Shown piece after piece: positions 53,449-64,000 of a stretch of DNA of 64,000 bases (within the stretch, counting starts at the first letter, position 1; each line of letters begins with the position of its first letter). The position numbers and the translations under genes were made by a program. Origin of the DNA: Antedon mediterranea (taxonomy: Eukaryota > Animalia > Echinodermata); NCBI RefSeq assembly GCF_964355755.1, contig NC_092680.1, forward strand, positions 6,200,001-6,264,000, written 5' to 3'. The notes beneath the pieces are model-generated. The model saw only the letters and a program-made list of their open reading frames with translations. It was not told the DNA's origin and searched no databases.

Positions 53449-56344
53449 TAGTGTATTATTGCATTGGAATAAATATTATCTACATTTTTTTGAAATAAAA
53501 ATCTGACGGTGGAGCAACTTGTTCTGCAAATTGTTAAATCTACAATTTTACCAAAAATAATTATTATAACAAGTAACGCGATCAAAAGCTTTGAAATCCA
53601 TATTTTTTAAATCAAATGGTGACCCCTAGGCATAATGGTGGCTTTGGGAAATGAGTAGAGGCTGCTAATGAGAAATATTATAAGTGTTGAAAATTAAATG
53701 AAACTGTGTATTGAATTGTGTGGGTATTTGGTGCCACGTGCATTCATGTTTCTAATCAACAGGTGCAATTTAGCGTCTTTTCCATTAATCCTATCATTAA
53801 AAAAATTGTCATATTGTAATATTATTTCAATCAATAAACTATTCATCACACAGTTCTAATGATTAAAAAATTCGGTATACAATAATTTTTACATATACTG
53901 TAATAGAGACTTTAACAATTACGTAAAAGGTGAGGGGGGTCAGGTGTCAAAAGGTCGTATTGGTAAATTAAGCTGGGGATAGTGTTTTAACTGCCCATAG
54001 GCATTTTAATTATGTAACTTCATTGTCCCCAAATGTCGTCAATGTCACGTATTCGATTCAGTAATAACAGCATGCCCAAACAAAACACATTCATTTATTG
54101 CCATATTATTTGAAGTCTGTTCTTGGCATTTTATTACTAAGTATGTCCACACACATTGTTTCTCTTTGTAATTTGAGAAGATACGTGTATATGTCTGAAG
54201 ATAACCCATATTTTATAATCTATCGCATTAACGCTTCACGGAGAATTAGGTAAATTTTAGGGATTCAATCTGAAACAAATGATCATGAGTCTATACGGAT
54301 AATTGTATTAAGCAATTAAAAGACAATAATAAGTAATATGATGTCTGTATAATAGGAATACATAAAAAAGGCAAATTATTTTTCAATTTAAAACGGCATT
54401 GCCTAATCACATACTCTTATAATAATACCTATATTGTTATTTTGTCTGGTATTTTGTCTGTGACAGTGTTTAGTTTGTGCCATAGAGGAATTAAAAATTA
54501 AATCCTCCATGGTTGTACCTATAATGTGAGCTTTTACGTAATAGTGTCCATTTCCGCATCGTAATTTGTTAGGGTGTTAGTATCAGAACCTATTTTCTAG
54601 GACATTTAAGCGTATATAATTAATTCAATTACATTCAATTTAAATCAACACCCCGAGATGAAAGAACAGACATACCCAAATACATATTTTATATAATATT
54701 AACAACATTCAATTAAAATCCACATATTATACAATAAGTAATTAAAATCACAGTTAAACTCTGTTTTGCAAATGATTTTGAGATTTTTAAATGACGACTT
54801 CTTAAAAGTTGTATTCCGGTAATCTTACAAATGGTGAAGGTATTACACGATTTACAACACCTCCAGGATAAATCACTAATGATTGAAAAACCTCCTGCTC
54901 TTACGTTTAAGTATAATACGGGTGATGGGCACAATTCTCGCTAACGTGCAAGGGAAAGAAGAAACCAAACAAACAAGTGAAATAAATAACTAAGCTTGAA
55001 ATGTGTTTATATGCAACGATGGAACTCTCCATTGATGCAACATTGAAATAAAAAAACATTCCATTTATGCGAATAGGACCCTAAAATATGTATAGTAACC
55101 ACATTGATTGGGCAAAACTAATAAAACATTCTTTCTCACCTGACGGTTGTTTCTTCTGGAAGAGGAATTCAATGTTTGAATGTCGAGAAATTTGATAGTA
55201 ATACTAATATGGCTTGAAATGTGTTTAGTGTGTATTTCTAGCCGATCGGTGAATTTATACTGAAATGACAGTTATCGTAAGAGGGAGCTCTATAGTTTGT
55301 TTAAAAGGCCGGTCATTACTATGGCAACAGCAGGTGTTTGTCAATTATTATCTGCCAAATATAATTACAAATTTACTGAATAAAATACCATTATCACAAA
55401 TTGTAAAAGGTTCGCATTGAGTTTCTCAACTGTTTACTATCATAGGCTACATACATTAATAACAGACATAGAATAGTTACATCTTTGCATCCACCATGTT
55501 TTTCATAATTTGGCGTACGTTTTATGTTTCGATAAATAGGAAGAATCGAATACGATACTGTATTATAATATTTACATTATTCATAATTCATATTTACAGA
55601 TAATTTTGGCATGCTTTTATTATACAGTAAGCTGATCCCCATGGTGTTTATCTTAAATTACGGTATTTTATTACGTTACGTTATTAGTTTATGTTTTATT
55701 CAGGAGAAAATGAAATAATATCGCTCTACTTTTTAATTAAGAATAAAGCCATAGGAAGAGAGACAACTGTCACAATGATCTATCAATGTGTTCTAAGAAC
55801 ACTTATTCATTTGTTCAAATTCAAATAATATTCAAAACAAAGCTGTAATATTGAGAATGATAATGCAATTGATGGCAATCAGGTCAAGCACTAATATCCA
55901 CTAAGCGAACTTATTCGTGCGAATCGAAAACGTTTGTCTATGCGCATGCGTATTTATATTTCCATCTACTATTTGTGAGGCGAATAAATGCCCAACATAA
56001 GAGCTTAGGAATGGTTTGTATCATGCCAATGGAAACTCGCTCCTTCCATTTCAGTTTGATGATTTTATTTAGTTTCAATCTTAATATTCATAATCACAGA
56101 ACTCGGATCGCAAATCAAATATGTATTCCTTTTAAAAAAACTTCTTCTATGGGAAAATGTACTAGTTCCCATCATCAAAATTGCTTCATCAAAGAAGAGT
56201 AACGACACCTGTTATCCAGTTGTGTAATTATCCTTTCACTTATTGTAGATTGTTTTAGCATTTTTCGATACTCTGAAACTAAAAGCTTTCATTACAGTTT
56301 ATATCCTGTTCCCGGTTCCTGTTTTGTCATGTTTTCTTTTTTAG

Positions 56345-56483
56345 TTTTATGGGCTGCCTCATACAAGCCTTGCTATTTTTTTAAATTTTGCCCCTCTTAT
56401 TTTAATCAATTTACTGTTAATTTTGTATTATGAACTTTATAAGAGAAATAAATGTTACTTTGATTGATTGATTGATTGATTGA
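56345..56483 (+). mobile_element. 3' tail of a CR1/L2-group (Crack/Daphne-like) LINE
   Basis: gggctgcctcatacaagccttgct...ttttgcccctcttatt, AATAAA and a (TTGA)6 tail. Confidence 0.5.
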
Positions 56484-57515
56484 GGACACGAAGAAAAAAA
56501 GTAACAAAGCATGCCATATTGATGACACTAATTGTACTGGTGATAATTATACCAATTTCAATATAATGTATTAGTAATACTAAAATAAACCGTATGTAGG
56601 TATATTGTAAATGAGAGAATACTGTCTTTGGCGCTTGTTGTATTCGTTGCAAGATCACGTTTTAAAAACGTCCGTGTTTCTTGCTCGAAGCGTTTGTATT
56701 ATCTCAATAATTAATGCAGGGTTTAAGATCTCAATATTAGTCTGTAACTGGAAGTAAAAAAAGTGGTTTTGGTATACAGACAACACTACTGTAAGTGTTT
56801 AATCACTAATATTGAGTATACTTAATATCAATGATAAATCATGCCTAAACTAAGATAGAACAGGTTGTAGCCAAAATGAATATTTGACGTCTGTGAAAGA
56901 TGTGTGGCTATCAAATTGCAGATGGTAAAGTCGATGATTTGGAGCAATAACTAATGCTCTCACAATAATGATCATTGTATTCAGATAGGTGCAATCAGTT
57001 AAAATGTCACGAATTAAATATATCTAATATATAATATCTGTTTTCTACGTATGATTTAATTGAGGCTTAATATTTATGATTATAAAACCTGCCAAATAAA
57101 GCATCTTGGTGTAAAATATGTCTGTTAGAACACGTTTGATTTTATTTATATTCAGTCATTAATAAATAAAATTTGACATTTGTGGGCAACGTCAACGTTC
57201 TTCTTGTCGACCTTGCCAATACAGGCGCAGTTAGTACGTGCGAAGTTGTGCATAGTGACTAAAACTACCCTTTAATGGTCTAATACCGTTGGAGCTTCTG
57301 GAGGGTCCACTCGATCCGATGAAACTTCGCGCGCATGCCATCTTCGCTGAGGCCTGTGCCCCCTTCGTCGGCAAAATACAACTGGATATCCCATTTTGAT
57401 ACGAACAAGCTTGGAGAATATATTGTTTGAAGGTTTGCATGAAAAAATATTGATATAAAGTTTGCGGTTCTCAAAAGATCTCGTCTCGACGTCTTCAAAT
57501 TGAAAAAGTTTCAAA

Positions 57516-57557
57516 GTATATTGATCGAAACGTTGAGAAACTCAACAGTTCTTTTCA
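57516..57557 (+). mobile_element. Third, partial copy of the hammerhead-bearing repeat at 2885-3115
   Basis: gtatattgatcGAAACGTTgagaaactcaacagttcttttca aligns with gtatacggatcgaagcgccgagaaactaaacagttgttttca (minus strand of 2881-2922). Confidence 0.55.
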
Positions 57558-60418
57558 TAACTATATACGTGGTGTATCGCAAGCTTTATATCAAGCATGG
57601 GGAACTTATTTCTCCATGTAAAATACATTTATAAATTTGGGAACAACATAGTTCAAAAACATTGTTTGTTTTGACAATAAACAAGACATCTTGTCGGAAA
57701 TTCAAACGACAATACCAAAAAGAAAAAAAAAATCCAACTGACAGACGGTGCAACATCAAACAAGGTACTAATAAACGAATGCAATGACAACCTGACCATA
57801 CTGCACAAATACGGCATCACCCAACATGGTGCAATTTTGCTCTATGAAAGCTGTTTTTTTAGGATAACGCAATTACATTTTGATATTCGTTATATTACCT
57901 TTTCGATTTAAAACTTATTAGTTGTATATTGCACTGAAAATATACCTTTACCAGTAGCTGTCTGCAATGAAAGAAAGTAAATTGACTGTTTCAAATGACA
58001 ACAGCTTAAATACAAAGCATCTGCTAATATCATAACATATTACTGCTAACAGCATTATAATGTAGTAAACTTGAACAATAACCAGAAATGCCTGCGAATG
58101 TTTTGTTAATAAATTTAATGATCGCTGTGTTTTCGGATTTATTAATATAACGCATGTGTTTGGTAAAACCTATTTCGGTGTATCATACACAATTCATTAC
58201 AAAAGTTTATTATCGTGTTTGGTCACAATGGATACGCGAAGCGACACGCATCAAACTTACTTGTTACTTGTTTGCATAGCTATCCCCATTATTGGGGACA
58301 TTTCGCCGTCATTGAAATTATGTTGACATAGCACAACAATGAGAGACATTAATTTTGATGAGAAGGTCATGGAACACAAATTAATTTTAATACAACTAAA
58401 AACCTGAGACCTGTAACCATTGGTAGGGACCCTGACGGGTACTCTCCCTCCGGGTCAAATGGATCCCGAAACTCATCGGTGGGCAGGGGCGCTCATCTCC
58501 CTGTTCAGACGACAAATCCAATCATAATTTTGACGAACGATGTCAGTGTGAACAACATTATGATCACATTGATGTTCGGCGTGGAAGGTATGCAGTTGGT
58601 GTGGTAAAAGGGCGGTTGTAAAAACCAGCCAGCGGAGGTATACAACTCTCATTCTTGTTTTGGGACGGTCGTAAATGACGAACGATAAATCGACCAAATA
58701 TACAGACCGATAACCGATAAAGGTGTATGAGCTTAAACGTATGCGTAGATTTAATTACCGTATCCGTCCGTCTATCGTTGCGAAACGAAAGTTCCATAAT
58801 GTATTGTAAACGACGGAAACATGTTGTTACGATAGTGAACAAAAGCATCGTGTAAAATAATGCTGCGCGGCGGCGGACTAAAGCTAGAAATCAATCAGAA
58901 CCACTCGCTTTGCATCCGCTTTTATCCTATGCTATACACAGACATTTACAGATTAGCGGTGGCATTATTTTTTGTTAGAGAGATGAAAAGAAAACAGATC
59001 GGAAATCACTTAAATTCTTCCGTTACCAGATCATATAGCCGCAAACTAAATTCCACATTATTGATAGTACGTGAATTTTGCTTCCAAAATAATACAATAA
59101 TATAATTGACATCGAGAGACATCCTGTATTACAGTGATATAAAATTGAAAGAGGATTATCTAAATTAATCCTTTTTTTAATTGAAAAAATGGATGACTTT
59201 TTTTTGTTATATTTTTTTGATAATCTGTTGAACCAGGTTTGTATTCAATCTCTATAATACTGCAGTTTTTAACGTAGTTGTTATGAGTCAAAGTAAATAG
59301 TTTATAAAGATCGATAACGGTAATTGAAAAGAATTCCATAAAAAAAAGTTGTTTGAATTAAGTACGAGTGATTGATCGACCAACAGATGACTCCATTGCT
59401 TATATTGACCCATTCGAATATATTGCAGCCACTGCTTGAATACAGTAGTGAGATTTATAATATCAGCGAGCTTTCGCTTCAGGGCGGCAACCGATTCTCG
59501 GTACTGTATATTATATTTCCGAAATATCATAGGAATATTTGGTAATGCAAGATCACTTGTTTTACACATGTATCTGGTAGTAACTTCAATCTTAACCTAC
59601 ACTTACATGATACAAGCACCACATGTGATACAAATAAGATGCTGTATTAACATCCTACGATACTTTGGAAATAGTAGGCCTATGTGGTGATGTTCAGCAC
59701 CGATAATCGGATAAGGACGGACGAAGACCGCATTTCATACAAAATTAATCTGCGCATGTGTATAAACCCGTTTATTATCGGAACTGTATTTGGTGGATTT
59801 AACGTTCGTTCTTTGTCGACCGCCTCGAAACAAAACCTCCCTTGAAAAAAATGACGTCATCCACGTCGTATTCATAAACTTGCAAGAAATATAGGAAGGC
59901 GTGTATGGGCATGGGGTGCGTATTTTAATAATGTATAAGTAGAAAATGTCCGTTGGTATTTCAATTAATTATCGTGTTCAATCAATATACACTGTGTTAT
60001 TAACACTAATGATGTGGGGAATAACAGATTCTTAATGTATACTTTATAATCTTCAGATTACGGTATCCTTATATAACTTTGATGACTATTTTCCGGTATG
60101 CGAAAGTCACTTTCAATCTATGTAATGCAAAGTGAAAAAAGCATTAATGCCATAATATGTCATAGTTATTCAGTTCATGTTATGGAATCTATGATACGCG
60201 TCATATAAAGAGACCAGTGAGTCTATTTTTGTTCTGACAGATCATGGTTTATGTTGAACGTGTAATGTTGATGAAAATGTATGAGATGTAATTCCCAAAT
60301 GTTGTCGTTAGAAAAAAAAAGTATAGAATTATACGCTTATAGAATGCAAATATACTTTAAAATAACTATTGGGAGGTTTAAAGTTTGGTTTGGCGAGAAC
60401 GTAACCGCACGGCACTTA

Positions 60419-60787
60419 AGCCCGGCGCGCACTATCGGCTGAGCCAACTGGCACGAGCAATACTTTACTCACAGTGTTGCGCCGGAGAATTCGTGAGGAA
60501 TCGGCCACGCGTGCCGCTGAGGAAAATATTTTTTGGCACGCGTGTCATGTTCATCAAGACGTGTGCGCCGAACGTGAGGTGATAGCTCATTAAAAAATTC
60601 CACTGCTGCTCATGACAGTCAGCGCGCCGTATAGCGTAGTAATTAATTATCCATCCAGAAAATTGCGTACTGAAGGCGTTTAGTGTGCGTCCGATAGAAC
60701 GAGATCACAGTTTGCGGGAATGTGTTTAGTGAGCAAAGTTTTACTCGTGCCAGTTGGCTCAGCCGATAGCTCCAGTGTGTGCCGGGC
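60419..60787. mobile_element. PIF/Harbinger-type MITE, family D (GC-rich)
   Basis: Inverted arms agcccggcgcgcactatcggctgagccaactggcacgagcaatactttactcac / gtgagcaaagttttactcgtgccagttggctcagccgatag..gtgtgtgccgggc. TTA on the left. Confidence 0.85.
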
Positions 60788-61712
60788 GCGATTTTTTTTT
60801 CGTACATAAGTTGGGGACCCCCTCATGAAACGTCACAAAATAAACATGAATAATTCATCAGTTAAATTTTCTTGTTCCGTGTGCACCCAAGCGTATAGCA
60901 ACAAGAAGTGATTACACAAGTGCGGTACGATTCTAGGCCTATCTCCGCTGTTGTTGCGGCGTGCGATTTCATAGAAGAATAGCGGCGTTTTGTGTGGATT
61001 GTCGAAATAATCAGCCTTTAGTTTATGGTGTTTTTAATATAATTTATTACTGAAGAATTACGTGTTCAAATTATAGTTTCTATTAATACTATTAGGCCTA
61101 ATTATTAGTCTCTAAACCCATGTCTATTCTAGGCCTAGTAGTAGTAGCTGTTTGGGTGTGTGTGACGTGTGTGTTTTAGGTATGACACAATCCGAGTAAT
61201 AAGTCAGCAAAATTAAACAATAAACATTACACAAAAATACATTTTTTATTCTCGTGGGTCTAATCTTCCCATCTCATGTGTTCATACGCGCATTTTTAAA
61301 GTTCCTTTGAGTACATGCATATTGTTTGATAATAAAATAGCAGAATTAAAAAAATACAGTACACAAATTATACATTAATTCTTTATTCTTGTGGGTCTAA
61401 GCTTTCTTTGGGCTATGTCCAATGAATTACTACTTAGTTTAATGTCTTGCCTAGCTGGCTGTCGATTAGCCTCGACTCGACACATTTTGTGTGAAGAAGA
61501 GTGCGCGAAGGCAATCACGTGAATTGACTTAGAATCCTAGGTCTACTGTAGTAGAAAGTATCGTATCGAAGTTGTGTAATCACTTCTTGTTGCTATACGC
61601 TTGGGTGCACACGGAACAACAAATGTAACTGACGAATTATTCATGTTTATTTTTTGACGTCTCATGAGGGGTCCCCAACTTATGTACGAAAAAAAAAATC
61701 GCGTGTCGGGCT
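60788..61712. mobile_element. Long-TIR non-autonomous element, family E (about 145-bp inverted repeats)
   Basis: 60788-60930 (gcgatttttttttcgtacataagttggggacccc...gattacacaa..cggtacga) is the reverse complement of 61561-61702. Right end gtgtcgggct-TTA. Confidence 0.85.
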
Positions 61713-62314
61713 TTAAGTTGACCAATCACGACGCGGGAGACAATCCAAACTTGCAATGCGCATACGTTGCGTACGTTGAGCATCCGGGTAACATGGATGT
61801 AGGTTTCGAATCAATGTTAAAAAGGATGGCGGATATTAATGCATTTACCAAATAATAAAGTAATAAATCCATATTCGCATTAACAGGCATTATAACTCCA
61901 TCATATAAAATCCGTATGCTTTTATGGTTGAAAGTTTCGTTGCTAATACTTAACATCACAGAGTTTTACTAAAAGGACAGGTGCATTATTATAACTGCGT
62001 TTAATTCACGGATCTATAATTAATATATATGAAATATGGATATTACAACAAATATCTCAACAGGCCGGGTTTAGTACTAACTAAAAACTGTAGGCCTATT
62101 TATAATTGAAATATAGGCGAGGCGTGCTATTTGGTATTAGTTTATCGGGACAATTTTGTTAGGTAATGAACGTTTTTGATCATCAGAAAATCGTTTTTGT
62201 AACTGCTTTTGGAAATTATAAAATATTAAACTTTATCTCGAAAATACAAACCAAGTAATGCCAACTAATGCTAGATTGTTTTTGTTTTTAATATTCCTTT
62301 CCCTCTTTGTGCCA

Positions 62315-62440
62315 AGAGACGCAACGCAATGACGTAAGCGCATCGGTAACTTATTTGACCAATCACAAGCAATGGATATTCAAACTGTCGCTTGTCATTG
62401 GTCAACACGCTTGCGTTGCGTCTCTAGTGGGAACCAACCG
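62315..62440. mobile_element. Left-truncated family-A MITE
   Basis: agagacgcaacgcaatgacgtaagcgca...ttgaccaatcacaagc...gcgttgcgtctctagtgggaaccaa. Confidence 0.8.
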
Positions 62441-64000
62441 TTACTGATCCACCATTGCTTCGTTGTGTTTGCAAATCACTTAAATGATCCATTTGAATCC
62501 GATATCAAAGCGTACATACATACAGGTACTGTAACGAATTGCATATCAAAGACGAAACATCTTCAATGAAAGTCTGTTATACCATCTAATCGATCAATCG
62601 CTGTAGCATTAGCTAGCGGCTCTCCCATAGAAACACAACTCAAATACAAATGAAGTAACAAGTCATTTTTTTGTAAGGCGTAAATGCTCATTTAAAGGAG
62701 TTCAGCAAAGTTCAATATTGTCATTAATATTTATGTACATTATGATATTAACATTTTATTATATATTGAAACATTAAATTCCATAAACATACACATTACG
62801 ATATTCAAATATAATGCTTTGTTTGCTTGTACAAATACATGTAGTATGACATTAAAATACAAACAAATTCTGAAAGCATTGGATGATGGTTCGTTTTGGC
62901 AGATGGTTCCATCAATCTAATGTTTCTGACCGGAGATGTTTATTTGTGTTGTCATCAATAAGTTTTTCAAACATGATCACGTAGCGTATGTCGAGGCATG
63001 TACATTATGCGTGTGTCTCCGTACATGATATGAAGTATCAACCATGTTGATGGTCTCTTAAAGTATTAAATCAATAATTAAATCATAAACTAGATTTGAA
63101 CTCGTCACTTTGGACGAGTTAGGTTATCCGCGCCTACACTACCCTATATGAAAAAATAAGCGCGAACGTGTCACGTCTGCTTATATGACCTGATTGCGTC
63201 AGTATACTGTATATACTGTTGTATATCTTAGGAGAAATTACATGGCAAGACCTAGTCAACACAAATTGACAACAATAAAAGCAGGAACGTTATAACAAAT
63301 AATTATTATTTTTATACGTACCAAATGAAAGTAGCCTATGGAATCTATTTTATGAAAAGTAATATTAAAATGTGATATTTATAAAGCGTCACTATACAAA
63401 CTAAGATATATTGTAGGTGATATTTAATGGCAAACGAGATGTGTGAACGTTGGTATAGACTATTTAATCGCAGTGAAATAGGCGTTTAATCAAGGCATGC
63501 CGGTACATCAAGACTAACGGCCTTACGGACTGACAGCACCGAATCCCGGTAAACCAGGTAATTGTGTGAGGCGTTTGTATGACGCTTATATAAAAAAGGT
63601 ATCTTTGACATTGCCGCATGTTATTTTATGAAATATATAATAATGTATATTTATGAAAAATTCTAAACCCGAACTATATCTCTTGAGGCTGAGAGGTGAA
63701 ATGACCTTTGTCATCACTTTGTGTTCTTATTACACTAATGCAATTTCATAAATATTATTTTTAGACTTAATGTCTTTTATATGATACGAATGGTATTTTG
63801 CAAAAGAGAACCGGATTCATGCTATTCAATCATAATAATACATCAATAATAAATTAATGATAAACACAATCTTTAAATGAGTTTAAAAATACGGAAGAAA
63901 ATGATAAAATATCAATACATTCTAGGCCTAATCATATAAAATGTAGCTCCGGTTTCAATTTATAGCATACCGGCCTAGTCTGTTATTGATTGATCTCTAT

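Noticed and set aside
58428-58495. Hammerhead ribozyme (CTGACGG...GAAACTC)
   Set aside because: The core is CUGACGG rather than CUGANGA, stem II does not adjoin the core, and there is no closing stem I.
60385-62569. ORFs within the MITE complex as a transposase
   Set aside because: Short, with no DDE or Myb/SANT-like motifs. They arise from GC-rich palindromes.

Overview
AT-rich, gene-poor eukaryotic genomic DNA, most likely from a marine invertebrate deuterostome such as an echinoderm (an inference from the receptor type and repeat families). Only one protein-coding gene is supportable: a 3-exon, minus-strand class A GPCR of the kisspeptin-receptor (KISS1R/GPR54) type, CDS join(45299..44889, 43627..43492, 42878..42292), 377 aa, with canonical GT-AG introns. 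The rest is intergenic or intronic sequence crowded with non-autonomous transposons. These include several PIF/Harbinger-type palindromic MITE families with TAA/TTA target duplications (some nested inside each other), Helentron-associated (HINE/DINE-like) elements, a tRNA-head/Deu-core/L2-tail SINE, decayed Rex1/Babar and RTE LINE fragments, Penelope-like remnants with degenerate minimal hammerhead-ribozyme motifs, and local tandem duplications. Almost all other ORF-track entries look like chance ORFs. I found no convincing novel multi-gene system. The best leads are the hammerhead-bearing inverted repeat, the nested MITE complexes and the divergent kisspeptin-type receptor. All alignments were done by eye, so repeat boundaries are approximate.
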